A DNA stretch of 64,000 bases from an uncultured cyanobacterium (GTDB lineage Bacteria; Cyanobacteriota; Cyanobacteriia; Cyanobacteriales; Nostocaceae). Below, in pieces: positions 19,044-30,132 of this stretch. Under the pieces are notes generated by a model. That model was given only the letters and a program-made list of their open reading frames with translations. It ran no database searches and had not been told where the DNA came from. Position numbers and translations under genes: made by a program. The first letter of the stretch is position 1, and each line of letters begins with the position of its first letter. The DNA lies in assembly GCA_963740315.1 (NCBI GenBank), contig CAVUDP010000001.1:320001-384000 (forward strand). The letters run 5' to 3'.

Positions 19044-19076
19044 AGAAACCCGGTTTTTCCAAAAAACCGGGTTTCT
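19044..19076. terminator. Hairpin between convergent ftsH and M23 genes
   Basis: agaaacccggtttt/aaaaccgggtttct; related hairpin at ~10595-10619. Confidence 0.6.
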
Positions 19077-19105
19077 ATAATTATTTACGATGCCCTATTA
19101 ATAAT

Positions 19106-19765
19106 TCACCGATTAATAAGTTTGAGTTCTTCGATTTTGATTTGAGATTGTTGAGAACCCCAATTAGATGTATTGGTGGATGATTGATTGGAAAACATTG
19201 CTTTAAGAACCTGCGCTGGATCGACATAATTGCTGCCGTGTCTGAGTACCCAGTGGAGATGAGGTCCTGTGGTACGTCCGGTCATTCCGATACGTCCAAT
19301 TCTGGCTCCTGCGGGTATTTCCTGACCTTTAGCTATTTTAATTCCACCGGCGCGGTCAACCATATAAAGTTTACCGTTAGCTTTTTCTACTTTTCCCTGC
19401 ATATGACAGTAACTGTGTCGCCAGTTACCCGACTTGACGATGATATGCGTACCGCAGGCACCGCCATCGCCAACTTTAATTACCGTACCTCTCCACCAAT
19501 TACGAATGTAGCTGCCGTTAGGAGCGGCGATATCTAAACCGTTGTGAAATTCCCAACCGCGACGATTCGAGGAACGACGATATCCGAAAGGAGATGTGTA
19601 ACTTTGAAAACGTTCAACGGGAAAAGAAGCTGAAGACCAAACGCTATTTTTAGCTAATAATGTGGACTTATTTTCTATAGCTTCAACCGTATTTAAACTA
19701 GGTAATATAGTTGTTATTGCAACAATAAATCCTACTATTATTAATTTAATTAATTTTGCTTTCAT
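19106..19765 (-). CDS. M23-family metallopeptidase
   Basis: Signal peptide, FHNGLDIAAP, TGRTTGPHLH. Confidence 0.92.
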   Translation of the reverse strand: MKAKLIKLIIVGFIVAITTILPSLNTVEAIENKSTLLAKNSVWSSASFPVERFQSYTSPFGYRRSSNRRGWEFHNGLDIAAPNGSYIRNWWRGTVIKVGDGGACGTHIIVKSGNWRHSYCHMQGKVEKANGKLYMVDRAGGIKIAKGQEIPAGARIGRIGMTGRTTGPHLHWVLRHGSNYVDPAQVLKAMFSNQSSTNTSNWGSQQSQIKIEELKLINR

Positions 19766-20323
19766 ATTTTTATACTTATAAATTTAGTTAGAGAAGAGTT
19801 AGCTTAGAGCTATTTTTAAACTGTATTGTCTTTATATACATCACTTCCTTCGCATTATCCTACTTGAGAATATACAAATGTCAAGTATCTGTTTTTATCT
19901 TTTTTTGAATGTTTTTTAGATATAATTGACATCAGTAAAATCATCATAAATTATTTAAAAATCATTGATAAAAACAAAGTATATATTGGTATAATACTGA
20001 GGATTTATAAGTGTAATTAAGGTTGATTGACTTTAAGATAAATAGCATTTATGTATTTTTGCCTACAAAGCCAACGTAAACAATGAATATCTATCTTTAT
20101 ATATCCAGCCTACGTATTAACAAGTACTAATTACAAGAGATAAGGTTCCCCGTCAGGATACAGAATTTAGCCGTTTCTCACCCCTGACTACAGGTAACAA
20201 CAGCAAAAGTTTTGCCAACGATCGCAAATGCTGTAAAATTTAACCTTAAAAAGAATATACAATACAGTTTCGATAAAATTAAGCTTAAAAATAACCCAAG
20301 AATTTCCCGTATTTTCCCAAACC

Positions 20324-20707
20324 ATGTTAACTGACATTCTGCCTTTCAGGTTCGATTTAGACACAGTAGCCATTGCCGGAGCGACTTTATGGTCTTTGGC
20401 ATTGTATCTGGGTTTTTCCCCACTTGGTGAATGGGTAACAAAACAGCTAAATCGCTGGTTTAATTTCGCCGAGCGATTTATGTATACCAGTCAATCTGAA
20501 TTTGACAAAACCCGTGAGGCAAGAGAATCACAAAACGCTTTCTATGCATCGGTATTTAGCGTCATCCCGTTTTTAATATTTGGTGCTTTATCCAACTGGC
20601 TTGTAGAAATCAGTCTGGGAGGTAGTTGGGCTATCAGTACGGGCATTCTCGCTTGTATGGCTTGCGGTGTTTATGAATTAGGAAGGCGAGATGGGGAAAA
20701 TAGTTAG
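20324..20707 (+). CDS. Conserved cyanobacterial membrane protein
   Basis: 127-aa ORF with three hydrophobic segments, ends GVYELGRR. Confidence 0.75.
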   Translation: MLTDILPFRFDLDTVAIAGATLWSLALYLGFSPLGEWVTKQLNRWFNFAERFMYTSQSEFDKTREARESQNAFYASVFSVIPFLIFGALSNWLVEISLGGSWAISTGILACMACGVYELGRRDGENS

Positions 20708-20844
20708 CAGTTACCAGTTACCAGTAAAATAATTTTAGATTTGAAATTTTAACTCTTATTTTGTCTTGGAAGTTAGAAATTAGTAATTAATAATTAGTCG
20801 TTATAAATTTTCAACCTTTAACCTTTAACCTTTAACCTATTATT

Positions 20845-21723
20845 ATGACCTCTCCCCGTACTATTTTAGAGACTTTACTTCCGCATTTAAAAGTAGCAGC
20901 AGGTTACGCTCGTTTTCTGCAACCGAAAATTGCTGTACTTCCGGAAAAAGATGGAAAAGATAACTTGTTTTCTTCTGCGCTTACTGATGCGGATTTAGCA
21001 ATTCAGAATTTTGTAGAAGTTGTATTGTTAAGTAAATTTCCAAACATTCGTTTTTATGGGGAAGAATATGAAAGTTCTCCCAATACCAAGTACTTTCGCG
21101 CTATAGATTTAGGGGAAAAAGATGATTATTTAATCACTCTTGACCCAATTGATGGTACAAGATACTACATGGATGGACATTCTAATTATCAAATTATTCT
21201 TGGTATTTTGAATACTGATGATTATGAAGCGGTAATTGCTATTTCTCCTAGCGAAAACGTTTATTTTTACGCGATCGAAGGTGAAGGTGCTTTTAAGGGT
21301 TCTCTGGAAATGAATTTGGACGAATGTACCCAATTTAAGGTAAATTCAACCGCGAAACCCATTATATTCTTGGGTACGGCAATGAGTTCGTTAACATCTA
21401 CATTAAAAGATAAATACGAAGTTATTAATGCAGCAGACGATTATTCTAGCTCCGTTCAAATGCCCAATTTTAATGCTATTTTTAGCGATGGATTGAGTGG
21501 TGCTGTAAAAAGATTTGGTCAGTTTATTGACGGTGGTGCTTTAGCTTTTATTGCCAAAGAAGCAGGTTGTATTGTCACTACATTCGATGGCTCTGCTTTA
21601 CCTCCACTGCACGCTTGCGAAGATTATAATTTACCGGGATTAGTAATAGCAACTTCAGAATCTATTCATCAAGATTTACTCAAAGCTGTTAGTCATGATT
21701 CGGTTTATGGTGTTAAAGCTTAA
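20845..21723 (+). CDS. Inositol monophosphatase family protein
   Basis: TDADLAIQ, GEE, LDPIDGT. Confidence 0.9.
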   Translation: MTSPRTILETLLPHLKVAAGYARFLQPKIAVLPEKDGKDNLFSSALTDADLAIQNFVEVVLLSKFPNIRFYGEEYESSPNTKYFRAIDLGEKDDYLITLDPIDGTRYYMDGHSNYQIILGILNTDDYEAVIAISPSENVYFYAIEGEGAFKGSLEMNLDECTQFKVNSTAKPIIFLGTAMSSLTSTLKDKYEVINAADDYSSSVQMPNFNAIFSDGLSGAVKRFGQFIDGGALAFIAKEAGCIVTTFDGSALPPLHACEDYNLPGLVIATSESIHQDLLKAVSHDSVYGVKA

Positions 21724-22003
21724 AATTTTAGTCGAATGCAAGGGTATAAGGTAAACCAGATGTATTTCGTTTGTACGGTAACATCGGAATATGTTTTGTT
21801 TAAGATGGTGGGCGTTGGTGAATCGAAATATGGATTGGGAATTTCACATTATATGAGACGTAGCAGTGCTACGTCTCTACACAGATTTTGCATTCACTAC
21901 AAAATGTACACAAATATAATTCATTACTTAATTTAGCAACGCCAGATGGTGAGTTGTTCAAAGTCGTTTGAAACAGGTTTGCGTAAATTCAAGAAAGAAA
22001 GAA

Positions 22004-23296
22004 TTAAAGTTTATCTAATTCTTCACATACCAATTGAGATAACTTAGCAGCAGCACCAGTATCACCCCTCGCGCTCCTCAAATTTGCACGCATATCAGCT
22101 AATTTGTGAGGATTTTGCAAATAATCAATCGCAATATCTCCAACTTCTGACGGTTGTAACTTCCCGACTAACTCCGGGACAATTTCCTTTTGTGCCCATA
22201 TATTAGGCCATGCTAACAAACCTTTGCGTCGAAGAAAAAACCAATTTATCAACTTAGCAAAACCAGAACCCATTAAAGGTAAATTGGCTAACAATCCAGG
22301 AATACCATCCCAAGAGCGCATTGCATCCAATTGTTGGGTAGGAAGTAAAACAATCATTGGTACAGCTAAAGAACCAAGCTCGGCAGTATTAGCACCGACA
22401 GTAGTTAAGCAGATACTGCATTTAGATAATGTATCGTAAGCAGGATGTTCTAAAGATAGTTCGACTTGCAAACCTGTTGATGTTTGTAAATAAGGCTTTT
22501 CTGAATCAACTAAGTAAGCCGATACTCCTCCGAAATACTGTGACATCGGATTTTTTTGTGCATCTGCGAAACTAGCCAAAGTTTGTAAATCTAAAGTTGG
22601 AGCAACGGGGATGAAGAACTTTGTTTGTGGTAGCTTATTGTGGATATGTTGCGCGATCGCTAAACTCAAAGGGACACCTTGAGCAAGTTTAGCCGCTTTA
22701 GAGCCAGGTAAAATTCCAACCAGTTCAATTTTAGATTTTAGATTTTGGATTTTGGATTCTGAAGTTAAATCTTCCCCCTCTTCCCCCTCTACCCCCTCTC
22801 CCCCTCTCTCTTCCCCCCCAGCTTCCGCCATCAGATCGCCGACAACGGTAAATTTGTCAACATACTTAGGGCTAATCTTCGCAGCAACTTCGGGTTTCAT
22901 CACCCCAAAACGGTTAATTAAAGAATGCCATCTTGCTTCCCATTCAGCGTAAATTACAGTACGATAATTCAATCTTTTACCAATTACCACGGGAAAAAAT
23001 TGGTCGCCACCCAAGAATAATACAACACCTTTATCTCGCCAATCCCAATTATCGGCAGTTTTTCCAGTTAGTAGAAATGGAAAGAAATTTTGTGCAGCTT
23101 GTACTCTATCTACTTCCGGATAAGAAAGAGCAATATCAGCTTCCTTGCCGCTAGCATTAGCACAAGGAGATAAAACAACCGAAATTCTGACTCGATCGCG
23201 ATCGTTACCCAGCTTTTCGCGTAATGATTTTACTACAGGACGTACCCAAGTTGTGATTTCACCGGGACCATTGGAAAGAATAAGAATATCAAACAT
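22004..23296 (-). CDS. Lipid-A-disaccharide synthase (LpxB)-related protein
   Basis: SNGPGE, ILPGSK, TTVGANTAELG, LAWPNIWA; carries an in-frame low-complexity insert. Confidence 0.85.
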   Translation of the reverse strand: MFDILILSNGPGEITTWVRPVVKSLREKLGNDRDRVRISVVLSPCANASGKEADIALSYPEVDRVQAAQNFFPFLLTGKTADNWDWRDKGVVLFLGGDQFFPVVIGKRLNYRTVIYAEWEARWHSLINRFGVMKPEVAAKISPKYVDKFTVVGDLMAEAGGEERGGEGVEGEEGEDLTSESKIQNLKSKIELVGILPGSKAAKLAQGVPLSLAIAQHIHNKLPQTKFFIPVAPTLDLQTLASFADAQKNPMSQYFGGVSAYLVDSEKPYLQTSTGLQVELSLEHPAYDTLSKCSICLTTVGANTAELGSLAVPMIVLLPTQQLDAMRSWDGIPGLLANLPLMGSGFAKLINWFFLRRKGLLAWPNIWAQKEIVPELVGKLQPSEVGDIAIDYLQNPHKLADMRANLRSARGDTGAAAKLSQLVCEELDKL

Positions 23297-23479
23297 CAAA
23301 TTTCAGTGAGCAGTGAACAGTTAACAGTAATAATATTCTTTTATTTGTAGGGTGTGTGACGCTGCGAGATATGTTGAACGTAGTTACCAATATGAAGATA
23401 GCGTCACGCACCAATAATACGATAGTAATAATAATGTAATTTTCTTAAATCATTTATCCTGCAAATACTAAATTAAATA

Positions 23480-23695
23480 ATGCCCTATGATAATTTCTCA
23501 CTTTCACGAGTAAAACGCGAATTTAGTTTAACCACAGTTGAAAACCAAAGTTTTTTTCCAGATATTTCACCAATCGAACCCAGCTTTTATTTAAAAGAAG
23601 CCTTAAGTGAAGGATTACCACTCGCGATCGCAACAGGTTCAGAAAAAGCACGTTCGGAATTAATTATTAGTCCAATTCTTGTAGAAGTTAGATAA
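23480..23695 (+). pseudogene. N-terminal fragment of a multicopy cyanobacterial protein family
   Basis: SEKARSELIISPILVEVR then a stop 8 nt before a palindromic element; homologs I recall are ~200 aa. Confidence 0.6.
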
Positions 23696-23703
23696 TACCA
23701 TTA

Positions 23704-23812
23704 CCGGCGGTTGAAACCGCGTCTACATAGGCAAAGTCCACCTGCGTGGACTAATAATTAAACCCACCTTACGGTGGGTTTCGCTTGTGTAGCCGCGATT
23801 GAAATCGCCAGG
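23704..23812. mobile_element. MITE/REP-like multi-hairpin element
   Basis: Ends ccggcggttgaaaccgcg / cgcgattgaaatcgccagg; internal hairpins agtccac..gtggact and aaacccacc..ggtgggttt. Confidence 0.7.
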
Positions 23813-23837
23813 TTCAACAATATTTAAATTAATTTAA

Positions 23838-25040
23838 TCACGTATGCGTCAACCTACTCCGAATCCCAACCCAATCCCCAGTATCAATCTTACCAACTAT
23901 ATATATATCAATTTCAACATCACCAATCCAATAAATTTTTATATCTTGAAAACGAGTTTTGACAATATGAGATAATCTCTGATTTCTGTTATAAGATTCG
24001 GGATAATTAATTTTATCATCTTCATCATTTTCGCCAAAGAAACCTTCTGTTCCAAAATCACCGTCTTCATAATCGGAGTAAAAATGCATCATATAAGAAG
24101 ATTTTAAGAGATTATGCAGTAAATTATCTTTAGTTTCTGCAATTTCCCAGGCAAAAAGTTCTGCATAATAGTAAAACTTTTCTTGAGAAAAAATGGCTAA
24201 TGTATCTATGTTTTTTAGAACAGATACTAATGCAGCGTGTTCAGTTTTGTTAGATGCATTATCTTCTATTCTACCGAATGGCTCCCTACCGCCTCTTTCT
24301 ATATTGACAGTAGGACATATACCAATCCAATCTCCTGTCTGGGTGTTTCCAATCAACATAGGTAAAGGCTCATATTCTAACCATTGCATACAAGCTTTAA
24401 AGTAATAATATGTATGCTTGGTAATATAGGATTTTAATTGTTGAAATATAAAGCTGAATTCCTCAACGGGAAATTTATTTTCTAAAAAATCAATTGAATC
24501 AACTTCTACAAGAAAACCCGCAGCTTCTAAAAACTTTTCTAAGGTAAAATCACCTCTCGATGCAGTATCCCACATAAACACATCATAAGGATGAGAGCAT
24601 TCTGTATTATGGTTGTTATGAAGTCCTCGTGTTAATTCTCTAATTTCCGCAACTAATTCTGTATTAGCATTGTTAGATTCATCTACTAAAAGCAAATGGT
24701 GACTCGCTACATTAATTGCTGCTTGTATATTTGTACCGATTAAATTAGCACCAATTAATTCAGTAAATTTTAAATTTGTATTAGTTAGAATTGCATTTCT
24801 TAAATTCGCTTCTTGTAAATCAGCATGACTTAAATTTGAACCACTTAAATCAGCTTCAGATAAATCAACTCGATAAAAAGAAGCATTACTCAGATTGACA
24901 TTAACCAATTTAGCTTTATGTAAAATGACATCAGATAAACTAATATTACTTAAATCCGCATCTCGAATTTCAATACCCGAAAAATCTCTTTCCCCATCCT
25001 TATATCGTTGTCGAAATTCTTCCACATCCATAAGGTACAT
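23838..25040 (-). CDS. Pentapeptide-repeat protein fused to nuclease A inhibitor (NuiA)-like domains
   Basis: YKDGERDFSG plus A(D/N)LXX repeats; HPYDVFMW, IGNTQTGDWIGI and C-terminal IGDVEIDIYIVGKIDTGDWVGIRSR. Confidence 0.75.
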   Translation of the reverse strand: MYLMDVEEFRQRYKDGERDFSGIEIRDADLSNISLSDVILHKAKLVNVNLSNASFYRVDLSEADLSGSNLSHADLQEANLRNAILTNTNLKFTELIGANLIGTNIQAAINVASHHLLLVDESNNANTELVAEIRELTRGLHNNHNTECSHPYDVFMWDTASRGDFTLEKFLEAAGFLVEVDSIDFLENKFPVEEFSFIFQQLKSYITKHTYYYFKACMQWLEYEPLPMLIGNTQTGDWIGICPTVNIERGGREPFGRIEDNASNKTEHAALVSVLKNIDTLAIFSQEKFYYYAELFAWEIAETKDNLLHNLLKSSYMMHFYSDYEDGDFGTEGFFGENDEDDKINYPESYNRNQRLSHIVKTRFQDIKIYWIGDVEIDIYIVGKIDTGDWVGIRSRLTHT

Positions 25041-25383
25041 CCTAAATTCTCTGTAAAAACGCTACCTTTATAACCTACATAACCAAACTTAAAAATAAAA
25101 TCTCTTTCTTACCTCCTTACCCCTTTGCGTAAACCTCAGCGTCCCTTTACGTTTAAAAAAATAATATTCATCCACAACCAAATAACCAACCATGAATATT
25201 ACAAATAATTTACTAAATGTGAGTAAGCACACCAAAAAAACGTAAAGTAATGTAAAGCAAAAATTGTTTAAATTTATCGAATTGTGTCAGTTAGACGACG
25301 AAAACGTCCATAACTAGGCAATTTCTGATAAAAAACATTTAGTGCCGAACCAGAGAACACGCATCATAGGAGCGAGGAAACGT

Positions 25384-28300
25384 ATGTTTACTCACGTCAA
25401 GTCCACCATTAGACACATCAAGCCTGATAACCTCGAAGGGCGACATTTAATTAAGGTGGTCTATGTCGTGTTAGAGTCCCAGTATCAAAGTGCTTTGTCA
25501 CAAGCGGTACGGACTATAAACGATAATCACCCCAACATTGCGATTGAAATTAGCGGTTATTTGATTGAGGAACTCCGCTCTCCTGAGAATTACGAGGAGT
25601 TTAAAAAAGAGTTAGAGACTACGAATGTTTTTATCGCTTCACTTATTTTTATTGAAGATTTAGCGACTAAGGTAGTTGCAGCAGTGCAACCCCATCGCGA
25701 TAAGTTTGATGTAGCTGTATGTTTCCCTTCGATGCCGGAAGTTATGCGTCTGAATAAGATGGGTAGTTTTTCCTTGGCGAATTTGGGACAATCCAAAAGT
25801 GCGATCGCGCAGTTTATGAAGAAGCGCAAGGAGAAATCCGGTTCTTCTTTCCAAGATGGAATGTTGAAGCTGCTGAATACTTTGCCTTCTGTATTAAAGT
25901 ATTTGCCGGTGGAAAAGGCTCAAGATGCTCGTAATTTCATGTTGAGTTTTCAGTATTGGTTGGGAGGATCTTCCGAGAATTTGGAAAACTTCTTATTAAT
26001 GCTGGCTGATAAATATGTTTTAAAAGATGTTGATAAAAGCAATTTTGCATCTGTAGAAGAATATCAACTGCCGGTTGTTTATCCCGACATGGGAATTTGG
26101 CATCCTTTGGCGACAACGATGTTTGAGGATGTAAAAGAGTATCTTAACTGGTATAATAGCCGCCCAGATATTTCTCCAGATTTAAAAGATCCCTTAGCCC
26201 CTTGTGTGGGTTTAGTATTGCAGCGGACTCACTTGGTAACTGGTGATGATGCTCATTATGTGGCGATCGTCCAGGAATTGGAAGCGATGGGAGCTAAGGT
26301 AATTCCCGTTTTTGCTGGCGGTTTGGACTTTTCTAAGCCGGTAGATGCTTATTTTTACGAAACTTCTGCGTTAGCGAAAGGTGATAAGCAAGGAACTACT
26401 TTAATTGATGCTGTAGTATCTTTGACAGGATTTGCGCTTGTAGGTGGACCAGCCAGACAAGACCACCCGAAAGCGATTGAGTCGTTGAAGCGGTTGAATC
26501 GTCCGTATATGGTTGCCTTACCTTTGGTATTCCAAACTACCGAAGAGTGGATGGAAAGCGATTTGGGATTGCACCCGATTCAGGTGGCTTTGCAAATTGC
26601 CATACCGGAATTAGATGGTGCGATCGAGCCGATAATTTTATCTGGTAAAGATGGCGCAACCGGAAAGGCGATCGCTCTCCAAGATCGAGTTGAAACGGTA
26701 GCGAAACGGGCGATGAAATGGGCGAATTTGCGCCGCAAGCCCAAGTTAAATAAGAAGGTAGCGATTACTGTATTTAGCTTCCCACCGGATAAAGGTAATG
26801 TCGGAACCGCAGCATATTTAGATGTATTCGGTTCGATATTCGAGGTAATGAAGGCTTTAAAAAATAATGGCTACGATTTACCCGAATTACCTGCAAGTGC
26901 TAAAGAGTTGATGGAACAAGTGATCCACGATGTACAAGCACAGTATGCAAGTCCGGAATTAAACGTTGCTTATCGGATGTCGGTTCCGGAATACGAGGAA
27001 TTAACACCATATTCCCACCGTTTGGAAGAAAATTGGGGTCCACCTCCGGGAAATCTCAACAGCGACGGACAGAATTTATTAGTATACGGGAAGCATTTCG
27101 GTAACTTATTTATTGGTGTACAGCCAACCTTTGGTTATGAAGGCGATCCGATGCGGTTGTTATTTTCCCGCTCTGCAAGTCCCCACCACGGTTTTGCGGC
27201 TTACTATACATACCTGGAAAAAATTTGGGGTGCTGATGCGGTACTTCACTTCGGTACTCACGGCTCCTTGGAATTTATGCCAGGAAAGCAAATGGGAATG
27301 TCGGGTGATTGTTATCCCGATAGTTTAATTGGTACGATTCCCAACTTGTATTATTACGCTGCAAATAATCCGAGTGAAGCGACAATTGCCAAACGTCGCA
27401 GCTATGCGGAAACGATATCTTATTTAACACCCCCCGCAGAAAACGCCGGTTTATACAAAGGTTTGAAAGAATTAAGCGAACTAATTGGTTCCTACCAAAC
27501 CCTCAAAGATACCGGAAGGGGAGTTGCGATCGTTGATACCATCATGGATAAAGCCCGGATGGTGAATTTAGATAAAGATATCGACTTCCCCGAAGACAGT
27601 TGCAAGGATATGTCCGCAGAAGAGCGCGATAATATCGTTGGTAGCGTCTACCGTCGGTTGATGGAGATAGAATCGCGACTGTTGCCATGTGGATTACACG
27701 TAGTTGGGAAGCCGCCCACGGCAGAGGAAGCAATAGCTACTTTGGTTAATATAGCTGAGTTAGATCGAGAAGAGTCAGAACTGATTAGCTTACCAAGGAT
27801 TATAGCCAACAGTATCGGACGCGACATTGAGGAGATTTACCGCAACAGCGACAAAGGTATTTTAGAAGATGTGGAATTGCTGCAACACATCACTTTAACC
27901 ACCCGCGAAACTGTTGGAGCATTAGTTCAAGCGCAAATCGACGCAGAAGGTAGAGTTTCCCTAGTTTCCAAGTTGAACTTTTTCAATATGGGTAAAAAGG
28001 AACCTTGGGTAGAAGCTTTGCATCAAGCAGGTTATCCCAAAGTTGATAAGGAAGCCTTGAAACCCTTATTTGAATACTTGGAATTCTGCCTGCAACAGGT
28101 TTGTGCGGATAACGAATTAGGCGCATTACTCAAAGGATTAGAAGGAGAATACGTCCTACCAGGTCCCGGAGGAGATCCAATTCGTAACCCCGACGTACTC
28201 CCCACGGGTAAAAATATTCACGCTCTAGACCCGCAATCAATCCCCACAATGGCAGCGGTGAAATCTGCGAAAGTTGTTGTAGATAGATTGTTAGATAGAC

Positions 28301-29394
28301 AAATGCGCGACAACGGCGGCGAATATCCCGAAACCATCGCCTGTGTATTATGGGGAACCGACAATATTAAAACCTACGGGGAATCACTAGCACAGATAAT
28401 GTGGATGGTAGGCGTGCGCCCGGTTCCAGATGCTTTGGGAAGAGTGAACAAGTTAGAATTGGTACCTTTAGAAGAGTTGGGCAGACCGAGAATCGACGTA
28501 GTAATCAACTGTTCCGGAGTATTCCGCGACTTGTTTATTAACCAAATGAACTTGTTAGATCAAGGGGTGAAAATGGCAGCAGAAGCCGACGAAGCCTTAG
28601 AAATGAACTTTGTTCGCAAACACGCACTCAAGCAAGCCGAAGAGATGGGAATTAATTTGCGTCAAGCAGCAACCCGCGTATTTTCCAACGCTTCCGGCTC
28701 CTATTCTTCCAACATCAACTTAGCGGTGGAAAATAGTACTTGGGAAAACGAAGGGGAATTGCAGGAAATGTACCTTAAACGTAAATCCTTTGCATTCACC
28801 GCAGATAATCCAGGAATGATGGAAAACTCGCGGGAAATCTTTGAAAGTGCCTTGCAAACCGCCGATGTCACCTTCCAAAACTTAGATTCCTCGGAAATTA
28901 GTTTAACCGACGTTTCCCACTACTACGATTCCGATCCCACCAAAGTAGTAGCGAGTTTGCGGAAAGATGGTAAAAAGCCAGTAGCCTACATGGCAGATAC
29001 CACCACAGCAAATGCACAAGTTCGTACTTTGTCGGAAACCGTGCGCTTGGATTCTCGAACTAAATTGTTGAATCCGAAGTGGTATGAAGGAATGTTATCT
29101 CACGGTTACGAAGGTGTGAGGGAGTTATCTAAGCGTTTGGTTAATACCGTGGGTTGGAGTGCGACAGCGGATGCGGTAGATAATTGGGTTTATGAAGATA
29201 CCAATGACACCTTTATGAAAGATAAGGAAATGCAGGAAAGGTTGTTGAACTTGAATCCGCATTCCTTTAGAAAGATGGTGACTTCTTTGTTGGAAGCCAA
29301 TGGTAGAGGTTATTGGGATACAGATGAAAGTAACTTAGATAAGTTGCGGGAATTGTATCAGCAAGTTGAGGATAAGATTGAAGGGATTGAGTAG
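25384..29394 (+). CDS. chlH: Magnesium chelatase subunit H
   Basis: [12 protein letters not shown] start after [32 protein letters not shown]. Confidence 0.98.
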   Translation: MFTHVKSTIRHIKPDNLEGRHLIKVVYVVLESQYQSALSQAVRTINDNHPNIAIEISGYLIEELRSPENYEEFKKELETTNVFIASLIFIEDLATKVVAAVQPHRDKFDVAVCFPSMPEVMRLNKMGSFSLANLGQSKSAIAQFMKKRKEKSGSSFQDGMLKLLNTLPSVLKYLPVEKAQDARNFMLSFQYWLGGSSENLENFLLMLADKYVLKDVDKSNFASVEEYQLPVVYPDMGIWHPLATTMFEDVKEYLNWYNSRPDISPDLKDPLAPCVGLVLQRTHLVTGDDAHYVAIVQELEAMGAKVIPVFAGGLDFSKPVDAYFYETSALAKGDKQGTTLIDAVVSLTGFALVGGPARQDHPKAIESLKRLNRPYMVALPLVFQTTEEWMESDLGLHPIQVALQIAIPELDGAIEPIILSGKDGATGKAIALQDRVETVAKRAMKWANLRRKPKLNKKVAITVFSFPPDKGNVGTAAYLDVFGSIFEVMKALKNNGYDLPELPASAKELMEQVIHDVQAQYASPELNVAYRMSVPEYEELTPYSHRLEENWGPPPGNLNSDGQNLLVYGKHFGNLFIGVQPTFGYEGDPMRLLFSRSASPHHGFAAYYTYLEKIWGADAVLHFGTHGSLEFMPGKQMGMSGDCYPDSLIGTIPNLYYYAANNPSEATIAKRRSYAETISYLTPPAENAGLYKGLKELSELIGSYQTLKDTGRGVAIVDTIMDKARMVNLDKDIDFPEDSCKDMSAEERDNIVGSVYRRLMEIESRLLPCGLHVVGKPPTAEEAIATLVNIAELDREESELISLPRIIANSIGRDIEEIYRNSDKGILEDVELLQHITLTTRETVGALVQAQIDAEGRVSLVSKLNFFNMGKKEPWVEALHQAGYPKVDKEALKPLFEYLEFCLQQVCADNELGALLKGLEGEYVLPGPGGDPIRNPDVLPTGKNIHALDPQSIPTMAAVKSAKVVVDRLLDRQMRDNGGEYPETIACVLWGTDNIKTYGESLAQIMWMVGVRPVPDALGRVNKLELVPLEELGRPRIDVVINCSGVFRDLFINQMNLLDQGVKMAAEADEALEMNFVRKHALKQAEEMGINLRQAATRVFSNASGSYSSNINLAVENSTWENEGELQEMYLKRKSFAFTADNPGMMENSREIFESALQTADVTFQNLDSSEISLTDVSHYYDSDPTKVVASLRKDGKKPVAYMADTTTANAQVRTLSETVRLDSRTKLLNPKWYEGMLSHGYEGVRELSKRLVNTVGWSATADAVDNWVYEDTNDTFMKDKEMQERLLNLNPHSFRKMVTSLLEANGRGYWDTDESNLDKLRELYQQVEDKIEGIE

Positions 29395-29539
29395 TTTATT
29401 GCTGATTGAATCAGTTATAAACGTTTAAATATAAACAATGTAGAGACGTAGCAGTGCTACGTCTCTACAATTTTATGGCGAAAACTTATAAATAAATAAT
29501 TCGCTTTAACTCAAATATCATAGGAATAGGTTATTAGCT

Positions 29540-29857
29540 TTATTGTTGGTATGATTTTAATTTTTGAAAGAAGTTATTGTGGAAATAGCGCATAGCAAAA
29601 ACTTCATTACTATCTGCTTTAATCGCTCGACTAGATGAAAAGCCCTCAATAGGCTTAGTTTTAGATAAGAAATCTAAATTATTATCAGATTTCGTTTTAA
29701 GCGGAAAAATAACTTCTGCTAATTTTTGTACAGTGAAGCTATAATCATTTTCTTCAGCAATTTTAACAATCAAATTAGGGTCAGTTATATTTTTTATCTT
29801 TTCCTGCAAATCTGGATTTACAGGAACTTGTTGAAGAAATTTAGTAATTTTAGACAT
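29540..29857 (-). CDS. Nif11-like leader-domain protein
   Basis: FLQQVPVNPDLQEKIK...IVKIAEENDYSFT matches the Nif11 pattern (F..v..D..LqekL...iv.iA.e.Gy.FT). Confidence 0.65.
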   Translation of the reverse strand: MSKITKFLQQVPVNPDLQEKIKNITDPNLIVKIAEENDYSFTVQKLAEVIFPLKTKSDNNLDFLSKTKPIEGFSSSRAIKADSNEVFAMRYFHNNFFQKLKSYQQ

Positions 29858-30132
29858 TTAGATTATAAAAATTTAGTAAAAACTACCTAATCCTACAAGT
29901 GCAAGGTAAAAATTGAATATGAGTAATAACCGAATATATCAGTAGTAGTGTTACTACATCCAACTAATTTATTGAGTTATTAGCAGTGCTTTAGCGCTTT
30001 GTAATTAATCATAAAGCAGTATTGCTATTTTTTATATACTCAGTAATTTAACCCATAATATATCGGTCATGAATAAGTTAAAAAAGTAACATAAACAAAC
30101 TCTATTTGTAAAATATCCTTTGAGGAAAATAA

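Noticed and set aside
20813..20838. Pho box (TTAACC repeats) before the inositol monophosphatase gene
   Set aside because: The period is 7 bp (STRR-type) rather than the 11 bp of SphR boxes.
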